A stretch of DNA of 64,000 nucleotides from Lachnospiraceae bacterium. GTDB taxonomy: Bacteria; Bacillota; Clostridia; Lachnospirales; Lachnospiraceae. The DNA is taken from positions 10,870 through 74,869 of the forward strand of contig JAILHT010000003.1 in assembly GCA_024695665.1 (NCBI GenBank), written 5' to 3'. Positions 35,695 through 46,304 of this stretch are shown here, piece after piece (position 1 is the first letter of the stretch; every line of letters starts with the position of its first letter). The notes under the pieces were generated by a model. The model was not told the DNA's origin and did not search any database. It saw only the letters and a program-made list of their open reading frames with translations. Position numbers and translations under genes: made by a program.

Positions 35695-36837
35695 CTATTT
35701 TGTATCTTTTCTTGAAAATTCCTTTATCTTTTGAGCCAACGGTATCTTCTCCTGATCGGCCATATGGGATAATACCATATACGCAATCTGGAAAGTCATG
35801 GCATCGTCAAATTTCCTTATATCAAGCCCCATCGTCTTTTCAAGGCGTTCAAGTCTGTACACAAGTGTATTCCTGTGCACGTAAAGCTGTCTTGCCGTCT
35901 CAGAAATATTGAGATTATTGTCAAAAAACTTCTGAATGGTACTGAGGTTCTCCTCCTCAAAAATCTCCGGAATATCATCCCCGAAGACCTCTCTTATGAA
36001 CATTTCACACAGACTTGTCGGAAGCTGATAGATCAGTCGTCCTATGCCAAGTCTCGCATAGGAGATCGTTTCCCTCTCAACATAGAAGATTCTTCCTACC
36101 TCAAGTGCCATTTTTGCCTCGTGATACGATCTTTGAATATCAGAGAAAGTATCCACACAGTTTCCGTAGCCGATGCGCACGTTGCTTAATGTCTCAGTAT
36201 GAATAGCATCCTTTATAACCTCCGCTGTCTGGTCAAGATACTCCTCTTTCTCCATAGCATCTGCATTATCAGGAATATCTGTAGCCTCGTGAACAAAGAC
36301 TATGTTGTTTCTCTCCAGTTCTGCGCAGATATCATTGCTGTCTGCAAAAAGGCTCTCCAAAAGTTCTTTTATCTCACTTCTGTCTTTCTCATCTATCTCT
36401 ATGACATAAACGATGCGTTTCTTTTCTTCTATTCCAAGCTGTCCGGCCTTGTTATAAACATCAACCAAAAGCATATTTCCAAGGAGAAGATTCTGCATAA
36501 ATGCCGACTTGTCCGAATTCACATCGGATGCCTCTGTCAGATTTCTCATCTGGCATACAGCCAGCTTACCGACCATATATGCCTCTTCCGAAGATGAGTT
36601 GACCACCAGAATATGTTCAACTTTTTCATCAACAACAACCTTAAAAAAGCATCTTCCGCCGATGGATTGATTGTCAGCCATTGATGTGGCAAACGAAGTC
36701 AACATCTCATCGATATCGATGTCTTCCTTTATCGTCGTTGCCTCCAGCTTTCCTTCAGCCGTGTACAAGGACATCTCAAGTCTTGATATGTCTCTGATCT
36801 CTTTTAACGTATCTTTGAGTTTCTGCTCCGAAATCAT
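35695..36837 (-). CDS. PucR/CdaR-family transcriptional regulator
   Basis: 380 aa. C-terminal HTH ISETARQLYVHRNTLVYRLERLEK is typical of PucR_C. The stop lies 19 nt before the parE start. Confidence 0.8.
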   Translation of the reverse strand: MISEQKLKDTLKEIRDISRLEMSLYTAEGKLEATTIKEDIDIDEMLTSFATSMADNQSIGGRCFFKVVVDEKVEHILVVNSSSEEAYMVGKLAVCQMRNLTEASDVNSDKSAFMQNLLLGNMLLVDVYNKAGQLGIEEKKRIVYVIEIDEKDRSEIKELLESLFADSNDICAELERNNIVFVHEATDIPDNADAMEKEEYLDQTAEVIKDAIHTETLSNVRIGYGNCVDTFSDIQRSYHEAKMALEVGRIFYVERETISYARLGIGRLIYQLPTSLCEMFIREVFGDDIPEIFEEENLSTIQKFFDNNLNISETARQLYVHRNTLVYRLERLEKTMGLDIRKFDDAMTFQIAYMVLSHMADQEKIPLAQKIKEFSRKDTK

Positions 36838-36870
36838 ATCTCTTTTCCTTTCAAAATAACGCTAAAACAT

Positions 36871-36898
36871 AAAAAGCACGGAGCCTACAGCTCCGTGC
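36871..36898 (-). terminator. rho-independent terminator of the MsmK-like gene
   Basis: 9-bp stem GCACGGAGC / GCTCCGTGC followed by a U5 run on the minus strand. Confidence 0.8.
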
Positions 36899-36923
36899 AT
36901 AAAGCCCATTAAATTTTAATGGA

Positions 36924-38036
36924 TTAGTTTGTTATTGTCAATTCGGTTTCCTTGTCGAATACGTGAATCTTAGAAGGATCGATAGCGATCTTAACTGCAT
37001 CACCGTATCTTGCATTTGTTGTAGAATCAACCTTTGCAGTGAACTGTACACCTGCAACTGTAAAGTAAAGGAGAACTTCCGATCCAAGAAGCTCGTATCC
37101 TGTTACTGTAGAAGATACAACGCTGTCAGAGAACTTCTCAAGCATTTCAGCAGAATCTCCCATTGCCTCAGGTCTTACACCGAGAACAACAGTCTTTCCA
37201 TCATATCCGCCATCTTTAAGCTTCTTAGACTTGTCAGCCGGAAGCTCGATTGTATTTCCATCAAATGAAAGTGTAGCAACATCTCCGCTGATCTTGCAAA
37301 CAGCATCTGCAAAGTTCATCTGAGGTGATCCGATGAATCCTGCAACAAAGAGGTTCTGTGGCTCATTGTAAAGCTTCTGTGGTGAATCAACCTGCATGAT
37401 AACACCATCTTTAAGAACAACGATACGTGTTCCAAGTGTCATAGCCTCTGTCTGATCATGTGTAACATAGATGATTGTTGCTCCGAGTCTCTGATGAAGT
37501 GAAGAAATCTCAGAACGCATCTGTACACGAAGTTTTGCATCAAGGTTTGAAAGTGGCTCGTCCATAAGGAATACCTTTGGATTTCTTACGATTGCACGTC
37601 CCATGGCAACTCTCTGTCTCTGTCCACCTGAAAGAGCCTTTGGCTTACGATCGAGAAGTTTGTCAAGATCAAGGATTCTAGCTGCTTCCTCAACTTTTCT
37701 CTTTATTTCATCCTTCGGTACCTTTCTGAGTTTAAGTCCGAAAGCCATGTTGTCAAATACTGTCATATGTGGGTAGAGAGCGTAGTTCTGGAATACCATT
37801 GCGATATCTCTGTCCTTAGGCTCTACATCATTTACAAGCTTTCCGTCGATTGTAAGCTCTCCTGAAGAAATCTCCTCAAGACCTGCAATCATACGAAGTG
37901 TTGTTGACTTTCCACATCCTGAAGGTCCTACGAAGATGATGAACTCTTTGTCTTCTACTTCAAGATTGAAGTCCTTAACTGCTTCAAATCCGTTCGGATA
38001 AACTTTGCAAATGTTCTTTAATGATAAACTTGCCAT
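36924..38036 (-). CDS. stand-alone sugar ABC-transporter ATPase (MsmK/MalK/UgpC type)
   Basis: 370 aa. Walker A GPSGCGKST, signature LSGGQRQR, Walker B FLMDEPLSNLD, and a C-terminal TOBE-like regulatory domain. No permease or binding-protein genes are adjacent. Confidence 0.9.
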   Translation of the reverse strand: MASLSLKNICKVYPNGFEAVKDFNLEVEDKEFIIFVGPSGCGKSTTLRMIAGLEEISSGELTIDGKLVNDVEPKDRDIAMVFQNYALYPHMTVFDNMAFGLKLRKVPKDEIKRKVEEAARILDLDKLLDRKPKALSGGQRQRVAMGRAIVRNPKVFLMDEPLSNLDAKLRVQMRSEISSLHQRLGATIIYVTHDQTEAMTLGTRIVVLKDGVIMQVDSPQKLYNEPQNLFVAGFIGSPQMNFADAVCKISGDVATLSFDGNTIELPADKSKKLKDGGYDGKTVVLGVRPEAMGDSAEMLEKFSDSVVSSTVTGYELLGSEVLLYFTVAGVQFTAKVDSTTNARYGDAVKIAIDPSKIHVFDKETELTITN

Positions 38037-38465
38037 TTTTATATTCCCCCTTGGAATTTATTAACTGTTTTTTGGGCCAAGGTCATCCGCCCTGCCACTC
38101 ATTTTTGAATGCGGTTATATGTATGCCTCATTCAAATTACTTTGTAATTGTAACAAAGCATTTCCGATTATTCTATTCATTTTCTGTTCAAACATTTTTG
38201 CGAATTTCTGTCATGATGACGAAATCTCGTTATAAATTTAACACGCATTTTCATTTTTCGTCATATTGACGGAAATGTTTGTTTATTTACGTTTTTTTCA
38301 CAAGAACATCGGTGCAATACAACTGTTTTTGCCAAATTGTATTTATTTGCGTACAATCATACACAATAGTTCAAAGTGTTTCTTATCTACTTATTTTCAG
38401 AGTTTTGACCGTGTTTTGGCATCTTACTAATGGACTCACAACATAATGATTGCGTATTCTTTTAT

Positions 38466-38495
38466 AAAAAAAAGGATGCGTCATAAAACGCATCC
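38466..38495 (-). terminator. rho-independent terminator after the dut / PRT-like pair
   Basis: Stem GGATGCG / CGCATCC followed by a U8 run on the minus strand. Confidence 0.75.
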
Positions 38496-38518
38496 TTAAC
38501 ACAAATCCTATATACATA

Positions 38519-39157
38519 CTAAAGCATCGAATAGCCAAAACCGTTGACCATAGCTTCAATCTTCATTCCCCTCTTGCAATACGGACATTCAGATACCGGA
38601 TATGCGGCATATCCGATTATATCATTCTCATCGAATATATGATTCACAGGGAAACCGCTCACCTGGTTTACCGTACTGAATATAGAGCATACTGCCTCAA
38701 CCTCTCCACCATAATATCTTATAGCTTCAAGTGAATTGAATACAGAGTTTCCCGTAGTGGTTGTAGCCATAAGAAGAATGACATGTTTTCCGGTTATGGC
38801 GCCTTTGTTATTGTCTCTGAAAATTATCTGATTTCCATTTGATTCAGGAGATATGACATATATGGTATCATGCTGGTTCATTGTCTGATAGTCTGATTTT
38901 ACAAACTCCTCAGCAAGAAAAGCACCTATCATCTCCGTTCCGTCAAGGCAAACGATGGTATCTACGTAAATACCTGTTATTATCTTTGACGCAAGGAGTT
39001 TTGCAGCATCTTTCGCCTCACTCAGACGAGTCTTAAGGCTGGTAATATCAATGTAGTAATTGATATGTGAGTTGGTGGTCGCAAAATGTCCTGACGCCGC
39101 ATGAATCGCAACTTTGTTGCTCTCCTTTGAAAAGTATTTTACCATCCTGTTCTCCAT
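38519..39157 (-). CDS. phosphoribosyltransferase-fold protein with a degenerate PRPP loop
   Basis: 212 aa. The PRT-type loop HVILLMATTTTGNS lacks the usual acidic pair (xxDDxxTTG). C-terminal CPYC. Strong GGAGGG RBS 17 nt after the dut stop. Confidence 0.5.
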   Translation of the reverse strand: MENRMVKYFSKESNKVAIHAASGHFATTNSHINYYIDITSLKTRLSEAKDAAKLLASKIITGIYVDTIVCLDGTEMIGAFLAEEFVKSDYQTMNQHDTIYVISPESNGNQIIFRDNNKGAITGKHVILLMATTTTGNSVFNSLEAIRYYGGEVEAVCSIFSTVNQVSGFPVNHIFDENDIIGYAAYPVSECPYCKRGMKIEAMVNGFGYSML

Positions 39158-39174
39158 AGTATTACCCTCCGCAA

Positions 39175-39612
39175 TTAGTTTTTACCTGTAGATCCAAATC
39201 CCCCTCTATCTGTATCCTCAAGATGTTCGGCGATCTCAAAAGTAATCTCAGGCTGATTCTTAAAGATTCTGAACTGGCAGATTCTGTCATTCTTCTCCAC
39301 GATAACATCCCTGGTGGCAAACATTGGAACCATCCACATATCGTTATCTCCACAGTAACTGCCGTCGATGATGCCACAACTGTTGGCCTGCAACAAACCG
39401 TAATTTTTGAAAGTTGAGCTCCTAGGAACAACATGAGCTTCATAACCTTTCGGAAGTTTCATTCCAACTCCCAAAGGGATAAGCCTGAAATCTCCTTTTT
39501 TCATCTCAACTCTCTCTGATGCTCTCAAATCTATCCAATCCGATTTGCCGTCGATATACTCAAGTTTGTCTATCTCATCATCGAAATACTTAATCTTTAT
39601 AATCTCACCCAT
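39175..39612 (-). CDS. dut: dUTP diphosphatase
   Basis: 145 aa. Motifs DLRA, PRSS, GIIDGSYCGD and DRGGFGSTG. Confidence 0.92.
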   Translation of the reverse strand: MGEIIKIKYFDDEIDKLEYIDGKSDWIDLRASERVEMKKGDFRLIPLGVGMKLPKGYEAHVVPRSSTFKNYGLLQANSCGIIDGSYCGDNDMWMVPMFATRDVIVEKNDRICQFRIFKNQPEITFEIAEHLEDTDRGGFGSTGKN

Positions 39613-39649
39613 ATTATACTCCTATTCACATATGATTAGCACACTTTTT

Positions 39650-40657
39650 TTACCAACCCGGTCTTTCTATCTCGCTCTTTTTCTCACGCATCATAAGACT
39701 TCTCACCGCTTCTTTTGCACTGAGATCTTCAAAGAGAACTTTATTTACCTGCTCTATGATAGGCATTGAAACTTCGTATTTTTTTGCAAGTCCCATCGCC
39801 GCCTTTGCCGAATACACTCCCTCGACAACCATTTTCACTTCATCCATGGCCTGCTGCATAGTGTAACCCTGTCCAATAAGCATACCGGCTTTTCTGTTTC
39901 TTGAATGCTTACTCTCACATGTTACTATGAGATCTCCCACGCCCGTAAGTCCGCTTAAAGTCTCATATGATGCTCCCATCTTTATGGCCAGTCTTCCAAT
40001 CTCGGTGATTCCTCTGGTTATAAGAGCTGCCTTGGAATTGTCTCCGTATCCGAGTCCGTCTGCCATACCGGCTGCTAGTGCTATGACATTTTTCAACGCG
40101 CCTCCAAGCTCCATTCCAAGAATGTCCGGGCTTGTGTAAACTCTGAAAAAGTCATTCATAAAAACCGACTGAATATACTCCGCCGTCTTTCTTGTCTTTG
40201 CTCCGGCAACAACTGTGGTAGGAAGTCCGATTCCGACCTCCTCCGCATGACTTGGTCCGCAGAGTACAGCGACATCCGCATTCGGTATCTCTTCTTCTAT
40301 TATATCCGTGAGAGTCATAAGGGTGTTTTCCTCTATACCCTTAGCCACGGATACTATTATCTGAGAATCCTTTACATATTCACGCATCTGTTTTGCCGTG
40401 CTTCTCGTAAATACAGAAGGTACAGCAAGGACAACTATATCTTTGTCGCATACAGCTTTGCCAAGATCCGTCGTGAAGGTTATGTCTCCCTCAAGCTTTA
40501 CTCCGGGAAGTTTGTCGACATGTTCATGATTTTCATTCAACATATCTATCTCATCCGAGAGCGCTGACCATACACATACACTGCACCCATTTTTCAACAA
40601 TGTACTGCTTAATGCTATTCCCCAGCTTCCTGCTCCGACTACTCCTATACTTTGCAT
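39650..40657 (-). CDS. gpsA: NAD(P)H-dependent glycerol-3-phosphate dehydrogenase
   Basis: 335 aa. GAGSWG Rossmann motif, LKNV, SRNRKAG. Confidence 0.93.
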   Translation of the reverse strand: MQSIGVVGAGSWGIALSSTLLKNGCSVCVWSALSDEIDMLNENHEHVDKLPGVKLEGDITFTTDLGKAVCDKDIVVLAVPSVFTRSTAKQMREYVKDSQIIVSVAKGIEENTLMTLTDIIEEEIPNADVAVLCGPSHAEEVGIGLPTTVVAGAKTRKTAEYIQSVFMNDFFRVYTSPDILGMELGGALKNVIALAAGMADGLGYGDNSKAALITRGITEIGRLAIKMGASYETLSGLTGVGDLIVTCESKHSRNRKAGMLIGQGYTMQQAMDEVKMVVEGVYSAKAAMGLAKKYEVSMPIIEQVNKVLFEDLSAKEAVRSLMMREKKSEIERPGW

Positions 40658-40662
40658 TTGAC

Positions 40663-41310
40663 CTACCTCCGAAACTCAAATTTGTTTTCGGTTTTGCTCA
40701 TCAGTCTCTTGATATTCTCCCTGTGGCGAACAATTCCGGAAATCATTATTATTGCTGCGAGAATGTACACTTCCATACTGTAATTCTCAGTGACATCCAG
40801 CAATCCAATCTCTCCGAAAACAACCGTCTGTACAAAAAATGAGATGCAAACCAATATCGAGCCAACCGAAACATATCTTGTAAACGCAACGATTAAAACA
40901 AAGACTGCCAAACATATCGGAATCTCTATCGGACAGAATCCGACTATGATACCGGCAGTGCAGGCAATACCTTTTCCGCCTTTAAAATCCTTCATATAAA
41001 ATGGATGATTGTGTCCGACAACTGCGCCAAGTCCGGCATACAGTTTCAAAAGTCTGACAGACTCCGGATACATATCTTTAAAAATAAAATATACAATACC
41101 CATTGCGACAACAACTTTAAAAAGGTCTCCTAAAAGCGTCATAAGTGCCGCCTTCCAGCCGAAGTTTCTCATCACATTTGTCGTTCCCGCATTGCCGCTT
41201 CCCATGCTTGTTATGTCTTCATGTCTTTTTTTCGAATACAAATATCCGAAAAGAACACATCCGCAAAAATATCCGATTACCAGTGAGATAACTCTGGATA
41301 ATACTGCCAT
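40663..41310 (-). CDS. plsY: glycerol-3-phosphate acyltransferase PlsY
   Basis: 215 aa membrane protein with GSGNAGTTN and FKGGKG motifs. Confidence 0.92.
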   Translation of the reverse strand: MAVLSRVISLVIGYFCGCVLFGYLYSKKRHEDITSMGSGNAGTTNVMRNFGWKAALMTLLGDLFKVVVAMGIVYFIFKDMYPESVRLLKLYAGLGAVVGHNHPFYMKDFKGGKGIACTAGIIVGFCPIEIPICLAVFVLIVAFTRYVSVGSILVCISFFVQTVVFGEIGLLDVTENYSMEVYILAAIIMISGIVRHRENIKRLMSKTENKFEFRR

Positions 41311-41331
41311 TATTACGAACCTCTCTATCTC

Positions 41332-42657
41332 TTATTTATCTTCTTTTCTCTCTCGTATAATGAATTTGAGGGAGGTGCCTCTGAATCCAAAGGTCTCTCT
41401 TATTCGATTCTCTATATATCTGGTATATGAAAAATGCATAAGTTCCTTGTCATTGACGAAAAGAACAAATGTAGGTGGTTTTACAGCAACTTCTGTAATG
41501 TAATATATCTTGAGCCTCTTTCCTTTGTCCGAAGGTGGCTGCTGCATCGCTACCGCCTCTGCAAGAATCTCATTAAGTACTCCTGTTCCCACTCTCATGG
41601 CATTGTTCTCAAGTACCATATCTATCATCTCATATATCTTGCCTATCCTCTGACCGCTCTTTACGGAAATAAAAAGAATCTCGGCATACGGCATAAAGCT
41701 CAAAACTTCTCTGATATTTTTTGTATGCTCGTTGAGCGTCTTATCATTCTTCTCTACTGCATCCCACTTGTTCACAAGGATGATTATACCCTTTCCTCTG
41801 TCATGAGCTATACCTGCAATCTTTGCATCCTGCTCCGTGACACCTTCAGTGGCATCTATCATGATAAGAACAACATCCGCCTTCTCTACCGCTGTCACGG
41901 CTCTGATTATGGAATATCTCTCAAGTTCCTCTTTGACTTTATTCTTTCTTCTAAGCCCCGCAGTGTCGATAAAAACATATTCTTTCCCATTACATTTTAC
42001 GACAGAATCTATTGCATCTCTTGTCGTTCCCGCAATATCGGATACTATTGCTCTGTTTTCTCCTGCGAGTTTGTTTATAAGCGATGACTTTCCAACATTC
42101 GGTTTTCCTATGATGGCAATCCTTGGTCTCTCATCCTCTTTCTCCTCGTCATTTGGATTTGGAAAATGTTTTACCACCTCGTCGAGCATATCTCCGATTC
42201 CAAGCATTGAGGAAGCTGATATTGCCACAGGTTCCCCGATTCCGAGATTATAAAATTCGTACGTGTCAGCCATCTGCTTCTCGAAACTGTCCACCTTGTT
42301 CACGACAAGAACAACAGGTTTTTTTGACTTTCTAAGCATCAGGGCAACCTTGTCATCGGCATCCTGAAGCCCCTGCTTCACATCGACCAGAAAAATGATA
42401 ACATCTGCTGTATCGATAGCTATCTGCGCCTGCTCCCTCATCTGCGAAAGGATGACATCGTTGCTGTCAGGCTCGATTCCGCCAGTGTCTATAAGTGTAA
42501 AATTGTAATTGAGCCAGCTGGCGTCAGCATATATTCTGTCTCTTGTGACACCCGGAGTATCTTTTACTATAGATATTCTCTCCCCGGCTAATGTATTAAA
42601 CAATGTTGATTTTCCAACGTTTGGCCTTCCGACTATGGCTACGATTGGTTTACTCAT
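41332..42657 (-). CDS. der: ribosome-associated GTPase Der/EngA (tandem G domains + KH-like)
   Basis: Two P-loops, GRPNVGKST and GKPNVGKSS. The start is moved to ATG 42657 ([10 protein letters not shown]), 2 nt after the upstream stop. Confidence 0.93.
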   Translation of the reverse strand: MSKPIVAIVGRPNVGKSTLFNTLAGERISIVKDTPGVTRDRIYADASWLNYNFTLIDTGGIEPDSNDVILSQMREQAQIAIDTADVIIFLVDVKQGLQDADDKVALMLRKSKKPVVLVVNKVDSFEKQMADTYEFYNLGIGEPVAISASSMLGIGDMLDEVVKHFPNPNDEEKEDERPRIAIIGKPNVGKSSLINKLAGENRAIVSDIAGTTRDAIDSVVKCNGKEYVFIDTAGLRRKNKVKEELERYSIIRAVTAVEKADVVLIMIDATEGVTEQDAKIAGIAHDRGKGIIILVNKWDAVEKNDKTLNEHTKNIREVLSFMPYAEILFISVKSGQRIGKIYEMIDMVLENNAMRVGTGVLNEILAEAVAMQQPPSDKGKRLKIYYITEVAVKPPTFVLFVNDKELMHFSYTRYIENRIRETFGFRGTSLKFIIRERKEDK

Positions 42658-42658
42658 C

Positions 42659-43975
42659 TTATACCTCTTTTCTAATAAGTGCCTCAAGTAGGCTGTATCC
42701 ACTAGATTTTACAATATCGATTGGTACTTGTAAACTCGTTTTGAGGTCCGTCAGAGTCAGGTCATCCAGAAGTACCTCCTCACCGGAACGCAAAACATTG
42801 ACCGGCAACAGCAGTCTTGTTTTTATACCTGCCTCCTTTATCTGGGCTATGATATCCTGCCCTGTCAAAAGCCCCGAAACCGTGATTCTCTCACCGAAAA
42901 AATCATTTCTTATGACAAAAACCTTCGCCCTTAGATTCGGGAATTTGTTCTTTGCCAACACAAGCATTTTTTCAAGTGTAGGAGCCGCAAGTTTTCCTGT
43001 GACAAGCGTAACCTCATTTTCTACAGTATCATCAAACTCTGCTTCATTTAATGCATCCTTGAACTCCTCCTCGAGAAGTCTAAGCATTCCGACCCCGTTC
43101 TCAAGCTGTATATATCCGTCATAATTGTCCTCAGGCGGCATATCCCTCTCCGCCAGAAGATACAGTTCATCACTCGCATGTACAAAATGTATACCATACT
43201 TTTCCATACACACATCCTGCCATTTGTGAATGATATCAAGTACCTTTATTGCATCTTCCTTATCAAAAGGTTCAAGCGGGAAAAGTCCCTCCCTAAACTT
43301 TGACAAACCTACGGGTACGACAGAGACACTCTGCATACAAGGGATATACTTTATCAGCTCCCCTATCGAAAAATCAAGTTCATCCCCGTCATTTATATTT
43401 TTGCAGAGAACTATCTGCCCGTTCATCTCAATACCGCCCTCATAGAGAGTATCGATCTTTTTTAGCGCCTCACCGGCAAACCTGTTGTGAAGCATCTTAA
43501 CCCTAAGTTTAGGATTCATTGTCTGAACCGATATGTTGATCGGTCCCATGTGATATCTTATTATACGGTCTAAATCAGCCTGTTTCATATTTGTCAGAGT
43601 GACATAGTTCCCCTGCAAAAATGACAATCTCGAATCATCATCCTTAAAATACAATGTCTCCCTCATACCGGGAGGCATCTGATCTATAAAGCAAAATATA
43701 CATTTGTTGGAGCAGGATTTGTAATCATCCATGAGGCCATTTTCAAACTCTATTCCCAAGTCCTCATCGAGATCTTTCTCTATATCGAGTTCCCATTCCT
43801 CGCCGTCGGCCTTTCGTATAAGAAGAGTTATCTCCTCATCATTTACAAAATAATGATAATCAAAGATATCCTCCATCTCTTTTCCGTTTACCGTAAGAAG
43901 CATGTCCCCCGGTTCTATCTCGAGTTCCTCCGCTATGCTTCCTGCAAGAACTCTTGAAATCTTGTGTTCCTTCAA
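42659..43975 (-). CDS. DUF512 protein (PDZ + radical-SAM-like + DUF512)
   Basis: 438 aa. N-terminal PDZ-like segment ([13 protein letters not shown]), a CxxxCxFC cluster (CSNKCIFC), and the conserved position upstream of der in Clostridia. Confidence 0.7.
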   Translation of the reverse strand: MKEHKISRVLAGSIAEELEIEPGDMLLTVNGKEMEDIFDYHYFVNDEEITLLIRKADGEEWELDIEKDLDEDLGIEFENGLMDDYKSCSNKCIFCFIDQMPPGMRETLYFKDDDSRLSFLQGNYVTLTNMKQADLDRIIRYHMGPINISVQTMNPKLRVKMLHNRFAGEALKKIDTLYEGGIEMNGQIVLCKNINDGDELDFSIGELIKYIPCMQSVSVVPVGLSKFREGLFPLEPFDKEDAIKVLDIIHKWQDVCMEKYGIHFVHASDELYLLAERDMPPEDNYDGYIQLENGVGMLRLLEEEFKDALNEAEFDDTVENEVTLVTGKLAAPTLEKMLVLAKNKFPNLRAKVFVIRNDFFGERITVSGLLTGQDIIAQIKEAGIKTRLLLPVNVLRSGEEVLLDDLTLTDLKTSLQVPIDIVKSSGYSLLEALIRKEV

Positions 43976-43988
43976 ACTTGTATCCTTT

Positions 43989-44819
43989 CTATTTCAGTGC
44001 CAAAAAGGCTCCGAGAAGACCTCGCTTCCCCTTGCTCGCCCTATGTGAAAACAAAAGCTTCGAGTTGCAACATGTGCAAATATTCGTTGTCGCTATATTC
44101 TCTTCTTTCACGCCTGCATCGATAAGAACAATCTCATTTGCCCTCCACAAATCAAGCATGTATTTTGAATTTTCTTTTTTTTCAAAAAGTTCATCCGTCC
44201 TGCCGCCGAACGACTCCTTAAAACTGTGATATAGTTCCTCTCCGACTTCATAACAATCCTTGCATATGGAAGGTCCGATGGCACAAACCAAATCCTTCGG
44301 GTCGGTTCCGTACTCCGAAATCATTTTTTCTATGGTACACCTACCCATACGGTTTACGGTTCCTCTCCATCCGGAGTGTGAGAGACCGATTGCCTTGTGA
44401 ACCGGATCTACAAAGAATAATGGAACACAATCGGCAAAGTGCGTGGATAAGGTGATATTTTTCTCATTAGTAACCATTCCGTCCACATCCGTAAAAGTAT
44501 TCTCCCTCACAGTTCCGTTTCCGGCATCCTCTTTTGTTATGACTCTGACATTTGTGGTATGTGTCTGCTTTGACAATACCATCGTCTCAACTCCCACACC
44601 AAGGATATTTCCGACTCTTCTGTAGTTTTCTTTTACATTTTTAAGATCATCGTCAAGCCTGGGTCCCAAATTCATCGACTCATATATCCCGGTGCTCACG
44701 CCACCCAATCTGGTCGTAAAACAATGTTTTACAATTCCGGTATTCTCCAGTTTTTTAAACTTTAAAACCGGCTCTTCATATAAAAATATATCATCGTTGT
44801 TTTTTAATTTAAAAACCAT
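43989..44819 (-). CDS. pgeF: peptidoglycan editing factor PgeF (YfiH/DUF152, laccase-domain protein)
   Basis: 276 aa. Motifs HSGWRGT and C...H typical of YfiH. Confidence 0.85.
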   Translation of the reverse strand: MVFKLKNNDDIFLYEEPVLKFKKLENTGIVKHCFTTRLGGVSTGIYESMNLGPRLDDDLKNVKENYRRVGNILGVGVETMVLSKQTHTTNVRVITKEDAGNGTVRENTFTDVDGMVTNEKNITLSTHFADCVPLFFVDPVHKAIGLSHSGWRGTVNRMGRCTIEKMISEYGTDPKDLVCAIGPSICKDCYEVGEELYHSFKESFGGRTDELFEKKENSKYMLDLWRANEIVLIDAGVKEENIATTNICTCCNSKLLFSHRASKGKRGLLGAFLALK

Positions 44820-44882
44820 GAATCTCCAATTTCAAATCAACAATCACTCCCGCATCAACCGTTGCAGGAGTGTCATTTAACC

Positions 44883-45254
44883 TTACATATATCTTCTTCC
44901 GACATAGGAGAAAGCATCCTTCACATGCTCCATATTTTCTCCGTCGAAAGCTACAACATCAAATCTTGCAGATATATCCGCATAGCCTTTGTTTCTCATA
45001 ATAAAAGAATCTGCAGTCATAGATATTCTCTTTTGCTTTGATGCTGTTACAGCTTCAAGCGCCATCCCCTGTCCAACACGTTTTCTGTATTTTACCTCGG
45101 TAAAAACAATGCATTTTCCTTTTGTGTCAAAAGAGACTATATCAATCTCGCCAAATTTGTCCCTGAAATTTCTGGCAAGAATTTTGTGCCCACTATCCTC
45201 CAAATACTTTGCGGCACGAATCTCATAGTCTTCCCCCCTGGCTCTGTTGTTCAT
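44883..45254 (-). CDS. yraN: YraN-family (UPF0102) endonuclease-like protein
   Basis: 123 aa. GEIDIV...EVK motif of the restriction-endonuclease-like fold. Confidence 0.85.
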   Translation of the reverse strand: MNNRARGEDYEIRAAKYLEDSGHKILARNFRDKFGEIDIVSFDTKGKCIVFTEVKYRKRVGQGMALEAVTASKQKRISMTADSFIMRNKGYADISARFDVVAFDGENMEHVKDAFSYVGRRYM

Positions 45255-45278
45255 ATCCTTCTCCCCAGCTTGCCTTCT

Positions 45279-46304
45279 TTAGAGTATATCTCTAAGAGAA
45301 AGCACATCCTCCTCGGTGGTCGACCAGCTGGTCACAAATCTTATCACTGTATGATTACTATCCGCCTTCTCCCAAAAACTGAATGCAACCTTTTTCTCAA
45401 GTTCTTTTAACTTATCATCCTCAACCAGGACGAACTGCTGGTTTGTAGGTGAGTCGAAAGCAATCTTGTAGCCTTTCTCCTCAAATATATCCACCATCAG
45501 CTTCGCAAGCCTGTTGGCATGTCGTCCAATCTCAAAGTAGAGATTGTCCGTAAATAGCGTATCAAACTGTATTCCAAGAAGTTTTCCCTTCGCAAGGAGG
45601 GCACCTCTCTGCTTTATAAAAGCATCAAAATGTTTCGGCATAGCAACGCCCCTGAATACTACAGCCTCTCCAAACATTGCCCCGTCTTTTGTTCCGCCTA
45701 TATAAAAAACATCACAAAGATTTGCAAGTTCCTTCATTGTAACATCGCACTCATCACTCATAAGCCCGTATGCAAGTCTTGCCCCGTCAATATAGAGAGG
45801 TATCTCGTAATTTTTGCAAACCGAATAAATATCCTCAAGTTCATTTTTCTTGTACAAACTACCTGATTCTGTAGGAAAGGTAATGTAGACCATTCCCGGG
45901 AAAACCATATGCTCATGAGTCTCATCCTCATAAAAGCTCTCCAGACAACTTTTTAGCTGTCCTGCATTTATTTTTCCGTCATTTGCCTCAAGTTGAATCA
46001 CCTTGTGGCCACCATGCTCAATCGCACCGGCTTCATGCACACTTACATGTCCTGTAGTCGGAGCTATAACTCCTTCATAGCTCTTTAAAAGTGCATCACA
46101 TACCACCTGATTTGTCTGTGTTCCTCCGACAAGAAAACAAATCTCTGCATCCGGGCAACCTATTGCATCTTTTATCTTCTCCTTGGCCGAAATTGAATAT
46201 TTATCATATCCGTACCCCGTAGCCGGCTCAAGATTTATCTCAAGAAGTCTCTCCATAACCTTTGGATGAGCTCCGCATATATAATCGTTTTCAAAAGATA
46301 TCAT
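45279..46304 (-). CDS. threonine aldolase / beta-eliminating lyase family PLP enzyme
   Basis: 341 aa. GGTQTN and the PLP-lysine context GGTKDG. Confidence 0.75.
   Translation of the reverse strand: MISFENDYICGAHPKVMERLLEINLEPATGYGYDKYSISAKEKIKDAIGCPDAEICFLVGGTQTNQVVCDALLKSYEGVIAPTTGHVSVHEAGAIEHGGHKVIQLEANDGKINAGQLKSCLESFYEDETHEHMVFPGMVYITFPTESGSLYKKNELEDIYSVCKNYEIPLYIDGARLAYGLMSDECDVTMKELANLCDVFYIGGTKDGAMFGEAVVFRGVAMPKHFDAFIKQRGALLAKGKLLGIQFDTLFTDNLYFEIGRHANRLAKLMVDIFEEKGYKIAFDSPTNQQFVLVEDDKLKELEKKVAFSFWEKADSNHTVIRFVTSWSTTEEDVLSLRDIL

Noticed and set aside
34569-35912. A 447-aa ORF on the plus strand, antisense to parE and the PucR-like gene.
   Set aside because: It lies entirely inside well-supported minus-strand genes. 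Its product is Cys/Phe/Tyr/Ile-rich with no motifs and no RBS, which is typical of a shadow ORF in the antisense frame of a codon-biased gene. The same applies to other long antisense ORFs (for example 41434-42087, 25061-25573, 18903-19499).
39162-39443. A 93-aa minus-strand ORF overlapping dut in another frame. There are similar overlapping ORFs inside nth (24940-25152), parC (33417-33862) and the surface-protein gene (62705-63262).
   Set aside because: They sit inside strongly supported genes and have low-complexity or implausible composition and no RBS.
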